NCBI GenBank assembly: GCA_052361145.1
Contig: JBQVMC010000001.1
Coordinates: forward strand, 1 to 35,572
Direction of reading: 5' to 3'
DNA from: Methanosarcinaceae archaeon
GTDB taxonomy: Archaea > Halobacteriota > Methanosarcinia > Methanosarcinales > Methanosarcinaceae
DNA length: 35,572 nucleotides
Of this stretch, positions 1-10,463 are shown piece after piece. A program made the position numbers and the translations under genes. Below the pieces are notes generated by a model, which saw only the letters and a program-made list of their open reading frames with translations, was not told the DNA's origin and did not search any database. The stretch's first letter is position 1. Each line of letters starts with the position of its first letter.

Positions 1-267
1 AAAAATGGAATAGTAACGTGTATGAATTTGTTTGAGATGTTTCTGCCACCAGAAAATAATAAAAAGTCTCCTATTTAGCCATACATAAACGTAATCGATA
101 GATTGAATTATCCACAAATTGATATTTACATATAATTGTAAAACGTCTTTGGAATCGATAGATATAGGCTTAGTATCAAAAACAAAATGATGTATCATCA
201 TTGACATAAATGAGTGGATTTTCGCTATCGACAGTCAGTATTGAAGATGGCTGGATAGTTACCAATA

Positions 268-699
268 ATGAATGAAATTGAGGAAAGTAGCATGAGCGAA
301 GAACAAGGATCATCACCACTTATAATAAAAAATATCGAACAGGAACTTCTATTAATCCAAAAACAAAAAGCAACGTCAATAGATGAGGCTTTAAGAATCA
401 AAATGATGTATAGCAAAGAGATCGAAAAAGAGTATACTAAGACCAAAGCACCGGAACTATCAAACCAAACAAAACGTAATGTGGCCGTAGAGGATTTGTT
501 GGAAGTTGACGAGAGATATCAGGAACTTTCAACGGAAATCGAAGTGCTTGAAATTGATTCAAAAACAATGGCAATTGACTTGCATTACGAACAGAGAAAA
601 TTTCAGGTAGAAATGAAATACGGTGATCTGTCACCAGGATATCTTGGAGATATAACACATCAACTAAAAAGGATTGCTGATGCACTTGAAAAAAAGTAA
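268..699 (+). CDS. hypothetical protein, Glu/Lys-rich, probably coiled-coil
   Basis: Complete 143-aa ORF with an ATG start and no competing ORF of similar quality. The composition suggests long helices. No recognisable catalytic motif. Confidence 0.5.
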   Translation: MNEIEESSMSEEQGSSPLIIKNIEQELLLIQKQKATSIDEALRIKMMYSKEIEKEYTKTKAPELSNQTKRNVAVEDLLEVDERYQELSTEIEVLEIDSKTMAIDLHYEQRKFQVEMKYGDLSPGYLGDITHQLKRIADALEKK

Positions 700-703
700 A
701 AAG

Positions 704-829
704 GTATCCACTTCAGATCTAAGGGTAATTTAAAAATTATTAGACAGGATTTACAGTATCGACAGGTTATACCGCAACGTCAACATCCTGTAAATCCGGT
801 CAAAATACCATGCTTTTTGAAGTGGATAC
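704..829 (-). mobile_element. MITE copy A (diverged interior), inverted relative to the copy at 20232
   Basis: Starts GTATCCACTTCAGATCTAAGGGTAA and ends CATGCTTTTTGAAGTGGATAC, so the termini are mutually inverted and shared with the other three copies. Flanks are GTAAAAAG and ATAAAAAT (TAAAAA core). Confidence 0.55.
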
Positions 830-1001
830 ATAAAAATGGTTTATTGCGGATGAATATGAAAAAGATATCCATTCTTTGAGATCCCAACCAAATATCCAAA
901 AACTACTTTAACATTAAATGACAAAATGTAGTATGTAGATAAAACTGTTAGTTTTGATCCTACATATGATCTCTCTTTAATATGCGCCAGCGAGCAAAAC
1001 C

Positions 1002-1718
1002 ATGTTGCGACAAAGATTTATTATTGATACCACTGCACTGACCGATACACAGGTACGGGAAAACATGGGTTTTTCAACCCTGTGTGATGGAATGCGTGGA
1101 ATGCTTGGACTAATAGCAGACTCTCGGTTACAACTTGGTATTAGTTGCTATGTCCCGTTCCCATCTGTATACGATGAACTGCATGATTTTGCCAAAAATA
1201 ACGGATGTGACAGCGATGTATTAGCAAAGATCGATACATGGCTTGTTAAAAAAACACCGGACCGGTATAATGTTATGATCTCATCACGACTGTTCCATGA
1301 ATACGTATCCCACATGCGTGAGCGTATAAATAAAGGAATGAACGTGGCAGAAGATGCTATATGGGAAGCTGCTACCGAGTGTTTGTTCCTTACATCAAAG
1401 GCAAAGAACAAGCACGAGATCGAAGAAGACATTGAACGCGAGATCATCGGCAAGATCGTGGGGAAGTTCCGGAACAAATACCGTACTGCCCTTCGCTATG
1501 GCATTTTGGACAGTGCCCCGGATATTGATGTTTTGTTGCTTGCTAAGGAACTTGATGCAGCTGTTGTTGCAAGTGATTTTGGGATCCAGAAATGGGCTGA
1601 ACAAATGGGAGTCCGGTATGTGCCTGCAAATACATTTCCAATGATGCTTAACGAGTATCTCAAGCATACCTCAACCCTTGCTTATAGGGGTAAAGGCGAA
1701 TTGTTCGACAAATTGTAA
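1002..1718 (+). CDS. UPF0278 family PIN-like protein (RNA ligase partner protein family)
   Basis: N-terminus [13 protein letters not shown], then ...[11 protein letters not shown]..., [46 protein letters not shown]. This matches my recollection of the Methanosarcina UPF0278 proteins. Confidence 0.7.
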   Translation: MLRQRFIIDTTALTDTQVRENMGFSTLCDGMRGMLGLIADSRLQLGISCYVPFPSVYDELHDFAKNNGCDSDVLAKIDTWLVKKTPDRYNVMISSRLFHEYVSHMRERINKGMNVAEDAIWEAATECLFLTSKAKNKHEIEEDIEREIIGKIVGKFRNKYRTALRYGILDSAPDIDVLLLAKELDAAVVASDFGIQKWAEQMGVRYVPANTFPMMLNEYLKHTSTLAYRGKGELFDKL

Positions 1719-1766
1719 TTATAAAATTCAGCTAACTATACCCAGCACCGCCATAAGTGGGGATTT

Positions 1767-3698
1767 TTACACCGGCGTTGACATAGTTGGACAACCACTA
1801 TCTTCATAAACAAAAATCCCCGCTGGAAGTCGCCTTGCAAACTCTCCTGAAACCAAACACTCACGCAATGTCCTAATCTCCCTAATGCCAAGAAGATGTT
1901 TTGGAACCAAAAAATCATAGTCTTCTTCAGCAACCTTGATGAACTTCAACCCCGCCTCGTCTGCGGCAAACCGCAGACCGAATCCAACATCTGCACGCCC
2001 GTTCTTTACCGCATCACAGACAACGCGATGAGTTTTTGCACCGGAATCATAACCTGTCATTGCACCGGTCATATCACGAAGTGAAATGCCTTTCTCTTCG
2101 GCAAGTTCACTAAGTTTAATATCCAGAAGCGCACGCGTTCCTGACCCACGATTACGGTTGATAAGACGGTGAACAAGTATATCCCTGATCTTTGAGATAT
2201 CACTGTCATGCCGGACGATCAAACCCTGCTCACGCCTGTATCCCTTGATAAGCACAACACCAGACAACCCCATTTTTTTGATAATAGGTATATTGTACTC
2301 ACCGGAAGCATCAGGCATATTTACACCTGCAATATCGGCAGTCCCGTTTGAGATTGCACTGAAACCGCTGCTCGAACCTGTACCTATTGTCCTGATCTTA
2401 AGCCCTGTCAGGTCTTCAAGTACATCGATACCCGGGCAGGAACCACCAACAAACAGGACATCGGGTCTTGTCACATCCCCGAACAGTGTCACATTAACAG
2501 GTGTTCCTGCATCCATGTATTCAACCTCAGGTCGTATCTCGATAAAACCATCCGCATACACAAGTGTGGTAATTGCACCTGAACCTTTGTCGGCAGGATA
2601 CACCTTCCCACGTACAAGTCCCACAGGTAAGAGCTGATGCCTGCCCTTTGAACGTATACTAGTACCAAGAACTGCAGTTGTAACTGTTTTTTGGTCAATG
2701 CTTGTTCCTATGGCGCGCCGTATGAAGGGTGCTACGAATTCATTAAAAATGGTAAGTGCAGATGTCGGGTTTCCGGGGAGTCCGATCGTTGGCACGCCAC
2801 AGATCAAGCCGATCACAACAGGTTTGCCGGGCTTTATGTTTATTCCATGTGCAAGGGTTGTGCCTTTTTCATCGATTATTTTATACATGATATCCCCTGC
2901 ACCGGCAGATGTGCTGCCTGATGTCAGTACGATATCACATTCCTCAACCGCAATATCAATCGCTTCTTCCATGTCCTGGTAATTATCGCGGATAATTCCA
3001 TACATGATGGGGGTTGCACCGCATTCGATGACAGCTGCGCTGAGTGCGTATGAATTTGTATCATATATCTTTCCTGGCCCAAGGGGTTCTCCTGGCCGGA
3101 GGAGTTCATCACCTGTTGAAATGATGCCTAACTTGATGCTTCCGGTGAGGACTTCCTGCTTCCCGATCGCACAGAGGACACCTATTTCACGTGAACCGAT
3201 ACGGGTGCCTTTGCGAAGTACGCGGTCACCCCGCATGATATCAGAACCTGCGCGCATGATATTCTCACCGATGTGCACGGGACGATCTATAAATATCTCT
3301 TTGCCCTGTCGTTTTGTTTGCTCGATCATCACAACAGCATCAGCACCATCCGGTATCGGGGCACCAGTGGCAATATCAACTGCTTTGCCTTCGCCTACAA
3401 AAAACCGATCAGTGCATCCGGCAGGCACCGATCCGACAAGTTGTACAATGCAGGAATTTGTCTCACTTGCTTGATACGTATCTTTTGCATTGACGGCATA
3501 ACCGTCCATAATAGATTTATTAAAAGAAGGAACATCCACTCTGGAGATAATATCCTTTGCAATGATATGATTGATCGAGTTTTCAATGAGTACGGATACA
3601 GTTTTTGGCTGGATTTCAATCTCATTTACAAGAATACGTGCTTTTTCGACTGATATCAGTTCACGAAATTCTTTGTTCGACATGTGATCCAGATCCAA
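1767..3698 (-). CDS. moeA: molybdopterin molybdenumtransferase MoeA fused to a C-terminal periplasmic-binding-protein-like (molybdate-binding type) domain
   Basis: 643 aa. MoeA hallmarks are present (SIMDGYAV, GAPIPDGADAVVMIE, ISTGDEL, TSGSTSAG, KPGKP). A C-terminal part of about 230 aa resembles PBP/LysR-substrate-type domains. Confidence 0.85.
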   Translation of the reverse strand: MDLDHMSNKEFRELISVEKARILVNEIEIQPKTVSVLIENSINHIIAKDIISRVDVPSFNKSIMDGYAVNAKDTYQASETNSCIVQLVGSVPAGCTDRFFVGEGKAVDIATGAPIPDGADAVVMIEQTKRQGKEIFIDRPVHIGENIMRAGSDIMRGDRVLRKGTRIGSREIGVLCAIGKQEVLTGSIKLGIISTGDELLRPGEPLGPGKIYDTNSYALSAAVIECGATPIMYGIIRDNYQDMEEAIDIAVEECDIVLTSGSTSAGAGDIMYKIIDEKGTTLAHGINIKPGKPVVIGLICGVPTIGLPGNPTSALTIFNEFVAPFIRRAIGTSIDQKTVTTAVLGTSIRSKGRHQLLPVGLVRGKVYPADKGSGAITTLVYADGFIEIRPEVEYMDAGTPVNVTLFGDVTRPDVLFVGGSCPGIDVLEDLTGLKIRTIGTGSSSGFSAISNGTADIAGVNMPDASGEYNIPIIKKMGLSGVVLIKGYRREQGLIVRHDSDISKIRDILVHRLINRNRGSGTRALLDIKLSELAEEKGISLRDMTGAMTGYDSGAKTHRVVCDAVKNGRADVGFGLRFAADEAGLKFIKVAEEDYDFLVPKHLLGIREIRTLRECLVSGEFARRLPAGIFVYEDSGCPTMSTPV

Positions 3699-3734
3699 TC
3701 TTTATCCAGTTCCAATCCTGCAAAAACATTACTA

Positions 3735-4613
3735 CTAAGGGTTTATTGGTATGCCGGTGTTCTGTGTGATATATTCAAATGCCGCAATCATTTTTTTGGT
3801 AATCGGACCGGGTTTTCCATCACCTATAACACGCCCGTCAACTTTTGTGATCGGGGCGGATTCGGCAGCCGTACCTGTTACGAATATCTCATCTGCTGTG
3901 TAGAGATCGAACATACTTATATTTACCTCGGTGATCGAATAATCCATCTCCTTTAAGATATCTATTGCTGCGGCTCTTGTTATACCCTTGAGATTATTAA
4001 TGGTTGGAGGGGTCAATACCTTGCCGTTCTTAACAACAAAAATATTGTCACCGGAACCTTCGGAAATGTAGCCGTTGTTGTCAAGGAATATCGCCTCATC
4101 CCCGCCTTTTTCGTTCGCTTCGATCTTTGCAAGGATGTTGTTGAGATAATTTAGCGATTTAATGTTCGGAGAGACTGCATCCGGCGCGTTTCGCCTGATA
4201 GCAACTGTTATCGCGGTCAAGCCAACTTCATATAGGTCACCGTACATTGCACCCCATTCCTGTGTTATGATGTAGATATTTGGTGTTGGGCATTGGCGGG
4301 GATCAAGTCCTAAGTCGCCCACTCCTCTTGACACTATGGGTCTGATGTATGCGTCTTTTAAATTATTTTTCCTGAGGGTCGCAAGGATTGCTTCCTTCAT
4401 TCCCTCTTTTGGAATCGGTATCTTAAGTGCAATAGCTGTTGCAGAATCGTATAACCTGTCAATGTGTTCATCTAACTTGAAAACACGTCCATTATACGCT
4501 CTTATACCTTCAAAGACACCGTCACCGTACAGGAACCCATGATCATAAAGAGAGGTGGTGGCCTGGGATTTTGGCACGTACTCACCGTTTGTATATATCA
4601 TTAATTCACTCAT
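3735..4613 (-). CDS. ilvE: branched-chain amino acid aminotransferase (class IV)
   Basis: 292 aa. Motifs: [56 protein letters not shown]. Confidence 0.9.
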   Translation of the reverse strand: MSELMIYTNGEYVPKSQATTSLYDHGFLYGDGVFEGIRAYNGRVFKLDEHIDRLYDSATAIALKIPIPKEGMKEAILATLRKNNLKDAYIRPIVSRGVGDLGLDPRQCPTPNIYIITQEWGAMYGDLYEVGLTAITVAIRRNAPDAVSPNIKSLNYLNNILAKIEANEKGGDEAIFLDNNGYISEGSGDNIFVVKNGKVLTPPTINNLKGITRAAAIDILKEMDYSITEVNISMFDLYTADEIFVTGTAAESAPITKVDGRVIGDGKPGPITKKMIAAFEYITQNTGIPINP

Positions 4614-4717
4614 GCATGAAACCTCATTGATTTTGATGTTGTAAGCATCCCTATTGGCAACAGTATATATTAATATTTATGTTGAAAAGTGAATTTAGAT
4701 GTAATACCGGAGAACAT

Positions 4718-4765
4718 GAAAATTCCCACCCAAAATTGACCCGCTTTTCCACTGAATATTGACAC
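4718..4765. repeat. copy 1 of a dispersed motif of about 45 nt
   Basis: GAAAATTCCCACCCAAAATTGACCCGCTTTTCCACTGAATATTGACAC resembles AAAAAATCCTACCTAAAATTGGCCCAGTTTTCACATTGAAACAC at 14884-14927, in the same orientation. Confidence 0.35.
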
Positions 4766-5059
4766 CCTATATACTAAAATACTCCTGTTTTATTACAGGA
4801 GGTTTTTGGATGTGCGAAAAGTAAGATATGATTGAATATAACTTTTTATTTATGTTACATCTTATAAGTTTATCAATATTTGCGGCAGGATGTATTGATT
4901 GGAAACTTACCGCTGAGCATCACAGTGCAATGATTTTCACACGATAGTCAACTATTTGGTGACACACCCGATCGCAGCAGAGCTGTGGGATATAATAATT
5001 AAGAAAAACAAGAAGATTACATCACAACTTTGCTTGCAGTGATGCAACAAAAAATAATA

Positions 5060-5209
5060 TCATTTCTTAAATTCCGTATATCCGCATTTGCCGCAGGTGA
5101 GCCTGTCCTTATGATTTGCTAAAAACACGCCATCCTCACATCTTGGACAAAGCTGTCTAATTTTTTCAATTGAATCGCCGGTAACTTTATAATAATCTTT
5201 CACTGCCAT
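5060..5209 (-). CDS. rps27ae: 30S ribosomal protein S27ae (eS31), zinc ribbon
   Basis: Not in the ORF track because it is under 60 aa. Hand translation gives [49 protein letters not shown], with CxxC...CxxC. It sits directly downstream of S24e, as in the conserved archaeal order. Confidence 0.85.
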   Translation of the reverse strand: MAVKDYYKVTGDSIEKIRQLCPRCEDGVFLANHKDRLTCGKCGYTEFKK

Positions 5210-5217
5210 TGTCTCAC

Positions 5218-5592
5218 CTACTCTTCTGTAATTTCAACCTTGGATTCAGTTTCTTCTTCTACGGCCGGTGCTTCATCAACTTGATTTTCCCCTGACACTT
5301 CAGCCTTTGGCTCAGCTGTAATTTCATTTCGCTTGACCATGTATTTGTGCTCAACCTGTGCCATGCGCGCTGCATCCTTGTAGATCTTTGCGTATCCTGT
5401 GAGTTCCTGCATTCCGTACTCATTGTATAATTTCTGGATTATCGTCAAATCAACAGATGCATCCAGCATAGCTAACAGTTTGTTTCTCACATCATTTCTT
5501 GAAGGGGTTGCGCCCTCATACTTAATTGTAAAATTAATTTCCCGCCTGTCTAAAAGCGCATTATTCTTATCTTCAGTAACAGTAATATCCAT
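5218..5592 (-). CDS. rps24e: 30S ribosomal protein S24e with an acidic C-terminal tail
   Basis: [39 protein letters not shown]... is a typical S24e N-terminus. I chose the internal ATG at 5592 over the track start at 5643, which runs deep into the upstream gene. Confidence 0.88.
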   Translation of the reverse strand: MDITVTEDKNNALLDRREINFTIKYEGATPSRNDVRNKLLAMLDASVDLTIIQKLYNEYGMQELTGYAKIYKDAARMAQVEHKYMVKRNEITAEPKAEVSGENQVDEAPAVEEETESKVEITEE

Positions 5593-6169
5593 CCAATTTC
5601 CTCCGAACACTATCGAATTGTCCTTTATGTGCACATTCTTCAATAATTTGGTCTAATAAACTACGTATTTCATCTTTCTTAGATTCAGTGATCTTGACAA
5701 GCACCACACCTTCATTTGGCTGGCCATAGAGAACCACCGAACCTATCGGGGCCATCAAGATCGCAGGCAATGCCGCAAGGTCCTCTTCACCGCGGACAAA
5801 TATCCTTATATGATGATCTGATTCAATTGCATCATATAACGCATCGATCAAATCTCCGGTAATGGCACCCGGTGGGTTATCAACCGATATTGTTGTAAAT
5901 GCAGCATGTTTTGTACCGAGCATAACATAATCTGATGCCGGTTCTCTTTTTGTACGATCATCAACAACACAGATATCAGGCACAATGTCTGATTCAAGCA
6001 AGTAGAATGTTGTAACATCACCCACAGATATAAGTTTTGTGGGACTGCCCATGTCAGGTACAATCTTTTGGATCGTATCATTTCCGGTACCTTCATAAAG
6101 CACACCAAAAGGTTTACGCAAAACCGGACGAAGTTTTGCAGGTAGTACCAGTGCCAATTGTGCACCCAA
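5573..6169 (-). CDS. DUF359 protein, GTP-dependent dephospho-CoA kinase family
   Basis: 198 aa. Motifs: [58 protein letters not shown]. It holds the conserved position between spt4 and rps24e. The TTG start abuts the spt4 stop codon. Confidence 0.75.
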   Translation of the reverse strand: MGAQLALVLPAKLRPVLRKPFGVLYEGTGNDTIQKIVPDMGSPTKLISVGDVTTFYLLESDIVPDICVVDDRTKREPASDYVMLGTKHAAFTTISVDNPPGAITGDLIDALYDAIESDHHIRIFVRGEEDLAALPAILMAPIGSVVLYGQPNEGVVLVKITESKKDEIRSLLDQIIEECAHKGQFDSVRRKLDGYYCY

Positions 6170-6373
6170 TTATCGCACCTTCAATGCATATTTATCCGGC
6201 ATATCAACGCTCATCTTCTTAGCAATCCTGGAACGTTCCGTATCAATAATAATAACCATGCCGCTCCAATCTGAACTCAGGTTACTGGAACCGCATACAG
6301 GGCATGTTTGACCTATGACGATCCGGTGACATTCCCGGCAAACTTGTTCGCTCATAAATTGATCCTCCGTCAA
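6170..6373 (-). CDS. spt4: transcription elongation factor Spt4 (RpoE'')
   Basis: 67 aa. Zinc ribbon CRECHRIV...CPVCGS followed by SSDWSGMVIIID. Located immediately downstream of rpoE. Confidence 0.85.
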   Translation of the reverse strand: MTEDQFMSEQVCRECHRIVIGQTCPVCGSSNLSSDWSGMVIIIDTERSRIAKKMSVDMPDKYALKVR

Positions 6374-6376
6374 AAA

Positions 6377-6943
6377 TTACCCATTATTTTCTGATTTTGG
6401 CTTGCGGTCTTCCTCAAGCCACTCGAATTTTCCAAGAGCATGCTGGCGCATGGTCAACCCGATCTTGCTCTCTCGCGGATCACGTTCATTGATACTCACT
6501 GCAACGATACGTGTGCGTACCTGATCGCCTTCGGCAAGTACCTGACCTCCGGCTTTGCTGACAAGCCTTCCGTTTTTTCCATCGTATGACATAAAGTCAT
6601 CCGTAATCTGGCTGACATGCAAAAGCCCGTCCATTGCTCCTATACTAATAAATGCTCCGAATTCCACGGTCTCAACAACCAATCCTTCTATAACTTCCTG
6701 AAGTATCGGCGTAAACACAATAGCTTCGAAAATAGCATCATAGTACACAGCACCATCCCCTACGAGAATATGCCCTTCGCCCACTTCATCAAGTTCAGTG
6801 ATCGCAACAATGGCACCCAGTGTTTTATCGATGCGTCCCTCAAGTTTAGCTTTTAATGCATCTTTAACACTTGTATTAACATCCTCTCCTAATAGGTTTG
6901 GCGCAATTCGGATCGTGTCGGCAAGTTTCATCTTCTTGTACAT
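6377..6943 (-). CDS. rpoE: DNA-directed RNA polymerase subunit E' (Rpo7)
   Basis: 188 aa. N-terminus MYKKMKLADTIRIAP, with an S1-like part GLVVETVEFGAFISIGAMDGLLHVSQI. Confidence 0.9.
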   Translation of the reverse strand: MYKKMKLADTIRIAPNLLGEDVNTSVKDALKAKLEGRIDKTLGAIVAITELDEVGEGHILVGDGAVYYDAIFEAIVFTPILQEVIEGLVVETVEFGAFISIGAMDGLLHVSQITDDFMSYDGKNGRLVSKAGGQVLAEGDQVRTRIVAVSINERDPRESKIGLTMRQHALGKFEWLEEDRKPKSENNG

Positions 6944-7111
6944 CTACATATCTCCCGGAAGCTCAAAATCATGAAGTTATTATTGAATTTAAGTTTAAAT
7001 TTATATTCCAACTTTTATATTTAAACGTCCATATTCATCTGTAAATATGGGTTCTAATTTAATCTTAAATAAATTTCAAATTGATTTTTAATTCAATTTA
7101 ATTTTAATTAA

Positions 7112-7477
7112 TTATGTTGTTGCTAACCTATTTTTCTGACGTAGGTATACAACCGTAATACCCTTTTCGCGTAATCTGTTTTTCAATCTGATATCGTTGG
7201 TCAATACCGCTGCATTGGAATCCCATGCAAGTTCTGCAATTACATCATCTGCAAAACCAGTGATATCTACAACCTTGCAACGACCTGCAAGTGAACGTGC
7301 GACCTTTGCCGCCATCCTGTCCTTTCCCTTTGACCTACCAACAAGAGTGTCGAGTTCATCAAGTACAGCCTTTGGAAGCACAAACTCATCAAATCCAAGA
7401 CGCTGTAGTTCATCGAAAATATCTACATTGAACTGGACAGGTATCATCAGTGCGTTGGTATCGATAATAACCTTCAA
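7112..7477 (-). CDS. PIN-domain protein (Fcf1/Utp24-like), conserved partner of aIF2-gamma
   Basis: 121 aa. [11 protein letters not shown] (first acidic PIN residue), [14 protein letters not shown]. It overlaps the aIF2-gamma stop by 4 nt. Confidence 0.75.
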   Translation of the reverse strand: MKVIIDTNALMIPVQFNVDIFDELQRLGFDEFVLPKAVLDELDTLVGRSKGKDRMAAKVARSLAGRCKVVDITGFADDVIAELAWDSNAAVLTNDIRLKNRLREKGITVVYLRQKNRLATT

Positions 7478-8706
7478 TCCTTAATTACTCCTACTCCGAT
7501 AAGACGCCATCTTGAACCGACACGCCTGCTAATCGCCACCATTGAGTCACTTTGTGCACATACAGGCCGCTTAAGTTTAACTTCAGCAACATTTACATCT
7601 GCCCTTGCGCTTGTAACAATACCAACAGTTGTTGCAGTACCCACATTTAGCATCAAAGGTTCACTGGTCTTAATATTACCAATTTCCAGTTCATCCGTAG
7701 CTCCGACTACGCGTTCAAGCAAGTGGAGATCCATAGTGAACATATCACGTGTTGGCGGCAATGTGCCAGGCTTTCCTGCGACCTGTCCTGTCAATCTGTC
7801 ACTCTTTGTCAGTGTCGGATCAAGAGTTGTTCCGACTGCTAATAATCCACCAGGTGTTGCCTCTTTAATTCCACTATTATCTGCGATGATCTTCGATATT
7901 TTAGTCGTTATGGGTACCCACCTTGTAGCACCTTCACTCTCGACCTTTCGCCCGGGTCGAATTTCAAGTTCATCACCCGGATGCATGGAACCTTCAGTAA
8001 GAGTTCCTCCGATAACACCGCCTGTAATCTCACTTATAGGTGATCCCGGTTTATTGATATCAAAAGACCTTGCAATAAGCATATGGGGCGTTTTATCCAG
8101 TTTGTATACAGGCGTTGGGATCAATTTTTCCATGACTTCGATCAATACATCAATATTGATATTTTGCTGTGCAGATACCGGAACGATTGGCGCATTCTCA
8201 GCTACCGTACCTTTGACAAAATCCTTGATCTGGTGATAATGCTCAATCAATTGTTCCTTTTTTACAAGGTCAACCTTATTCTGCACGACCACGATGTTTT
8301 TGATCCCGATGATGTTTAGCGCCATCAGGTGTTCCTTTGTCTGCGGTTGCGGGCATTTTTCATTTGCTGCGATAACAAGTACCGCACCGTCCATGATCGC
8401 TGCACCAGACAGCATTGTTGCCATAAGTGTCTCGTGACCCGGAGCATCCACAAAGGAAATTGTCCTGATATCTTCTGTTTTTGCTCCGCAGTGCTTACAT
8501 TTCTTTGCAACTGTATAACACTGGGGTTTAGGACAGGCAGGACATTTCCTGAATGTAGAATCTGCATATCCTAACCTGATCGATATGCCACGCTTCTTCT
8601 CTTCACTGTGCGTATCTGTCCAGATACCGGACAGTGCACTTACAAGCGTGGTCTTTCCATGATCGACATGACCTACCATGCCAACATTAACACAAGGTTG
8701 ACTCAA
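7474..8706 (-). CDS. eif2g: translation initiation factor aIF2 gamma subunit
   Basis: 410 aa. Motifs: [20 protein letters not shown], and the zinc knuckle [10 protein letters not shown]...CKHCG. TTG start with GGAGG about 12 nt upstream. Confidence 0.95.
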   Translation of the reverse strand: MSQPCVNVGMVGHVDHGKTTLVSALSGIWTDTHSEEKKRGISIRLGYADSTFRKCPACPKPQCYTVAKKCKHCGAKTEDIRTISFVDAPGHETLMATMLSGAAIMDGAVLVIAANEKCPQPQTKEHLMALNIIGIKNIVVVQNKVDLVKKEQLIEHYHQIKDFVKGTVAENAPIVPVSAQQNINIDVLIEVMEKLIPTPVYKLDKTPHMLIARSFDINKPGSPISEITGGVIGGTLTEGSMHPGDELEIRPGRKVESEGATRWVPITTKISKIIADNSGIKEATPGGLLAVGTTLDPTLTKSDRLTGQVAGKPGTLPPTRDMFTMDLHLLERVVGATDELEIGNIKTSEPLMLNVGTATTVGIVTSARADVNVAEVKLKRPVCAQSDSMVAISRRVGSRWRLIGVGVIKD

Positions 8707-8859
8707 TTTTGGATTTCCCTCCCTATTTGGGCAAGATTATTATGAAATGAATGTGGAACTATTAACTAAAATAACCTGTTTTAAGGCTTTTGGTATCATG
8801 TTATTTATGATATATAAGAGATTCCTACAAATACATAGAAAATACCAATTATGATTCGT

Positions 8860-10017
8860 TTAAGTCACGATCCTGTCAAGTTGCCCTGTTTCAACAGCCC
8901 GTCGCACCTCTAAAGCAACGCGCCGACCCGTGCTCATTGGTTTGCGCCATAATGTGTTGCCGTATGGGTGCCCGACAGACATGTGAACATTGGTTCCGCC
9001 GCCGACTCTTGGTGCAACATCATAGATGAAAAAGTTTAGGTCCTTATCAACACATGTCTGGAGACAGAATGGTCCGATAATACCCGGATCATAATATTTG
9101 CTTGCAGCTTCTACGTATTGCTCTGATAATTTAAAGACCTCCTCAAGCAAGGATTCACGAAGTGTCGCAGAGTTGTGACCGCACACGGTGTATTCAGGTG
9201 TAAGCTGGTGTTTTGCAAGATTTACCTGTTGTGGTGCAGGCAGGCGTACATGGCCGTCAAGGCTAGTCTCAAATCTCCAGTCAATTCCAAGTATCTCCAG
9301 TTTGTTCATTTCGGTCTCGATCGGGGAATAGAACATATCGAAGTTAAACACAGGACCGATGATGTATCGCTCGATCCTTGCCTCTGCGAGTCCTTTCCTT
9401 GTGATGACACCCTGATCAAGCAGTGCTTCGGATTTCTCCACATATTCCGCATAGGTGCCGGCAGTGAAAAATCCACGCTCAAGTGTTTTGACCGCATGAG
9501 GCAATTTTACCATAACAAGCTCATCGATGTCCAAAGGATCATTGATGCGCTCCGGGAATGGTAGTCCGGCTTTTTCAAGTATCCAGTAATAGTCTTGCTC
9601 AATTCCGCGTTCTTCACTTCGCAACATATTGCGGCTTCCGACAAGCGGCACTGCAAAATCATTCTCGATCTCATCTATGCCACAATATGATGTAAACGAA
9701 CGGTTCGGGATGAACAATATATTGTCATCGATCATCCTTTTCTGGTTCTCCGGGCGGAGCACTTCGCTGAATTTATTATACACAACAGTTTCATCAACAA
9801 TACCGCGGACAATATTTCCTGATGCATCCCTCTGTGACCTGAAATACTCGGTATATGTCTTTTCACGTCCTGCCTGGCATATTGCAAATGTATTGAACCC
9901 CTCTTCGATCGCACCGTCACATACATCTAATGCGGAATGGGATGCAACCATACCGATCTTCAATTTATCAGTGTCATAAGCGTTAACAATATCCTGAATT
10001 TGTTTCCTGTCGATCAT
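8860..10017 (-). CDS. purP: 5-formaminoimidazole-4-carboxamide ribonucleotide (FAICAR) synthetase PurP, ATP-grasp
   Basis: 385 aa. IGMVASHSALDVCDGAIEEGFNTFAICQAGREKTY is the characteristic PurP N-terminus as I recall it. Confidence 0.82.
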   Translation of the reverse strand: MIDRKQIQDIVNAYDTDKLKIGMVASHSALDVCDGAIEEGFNTFAICQAGREKTYTEYFRSQRDASGNIVRGIVDETVVYNKFSEVLRPENQKRMIDDNILFIPNRSFTSYCGIDEIENDFAVPLVGSRNMLRSEERGIEQDYYWILEKAGLPFPERINDPLDIDELVMVKLPHAVKTLERGFFTAGTYAEYVEKSEALLDQGVITRKGLAEARIERYIIGPVFNFDMFYSPIETEMNKLEILGIDWRFETSLDGHVRLPAPQQVNLAKHQLTPEYTVCGHNSATLRESLLEEVFKLSEQYVEAASKYYDPGIIGPFCLQTCVDKDLNFFIYDVAPRVGGGTNVHMSVGHPYGNTLWRKPMSTGRRVALEVRRAVETGQLDRIVT

Positions 10018-10140
10018 TGTTTGTCCTCATTCATGTGTCTTGGTCTAATGGGTCTAGGGGTAATAAATGATTTGGGTTTTTTGGTTTGTGATATTAATGT
10101 GATATACCGTCTATAATACATACTTTTCCATGCACATTAT

Positions 10141-10272
10141 GACACTTTTTAATATATTCCGGATAACGGATCATGGCAAAAATGATTACCGCATAGGGGA
10201 CTTATTTTTCTCTGCGTGCCTCTCGATCTCTGCGGTTTTCAAAACCATTCCAGAAGATTATAAAAAGTCTCC
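10141..10272 (+). repeat. structured repeat of about 135 bp, copy 2a
   Basis: About nine in ten positions (by eye) match the reverse complement of 22083-22220. It contains CTCTGCG direct heptamers and an imperfect long inverted repeat (GGGGACTTATTTTTCTC ... ATAAAAAGTCTCC). Confidence 0.65.
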
Positions 10273-10463
10273 ACATTATCCGCAGCAATACCTGATATCA
10301 TGACAATTTAAGATCGATCAATATACTCTCCCATGCTGCATATTAATGGTAATTGGCAAAGATCAAACTTGTTAGGTCATGCGCTTAAACATTGTCAAAT
10401 CCTGTAAATGTTGTGTACAATTTAACAATTTCTAAACAGTTGCGACTACAAGGATTTAACCAA

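Noticed and set aside
4782-4808. Perfect 7-bp hairpin CTCCTGT-TTTATT-ACAGGAG followed by GTTTTTGG
   Set aside because: It is terminator-like, but no plus-strand gene ends upstream and it is about 260 nt from the end of the minus-strand ribosomal operon. The function cannot be supported.
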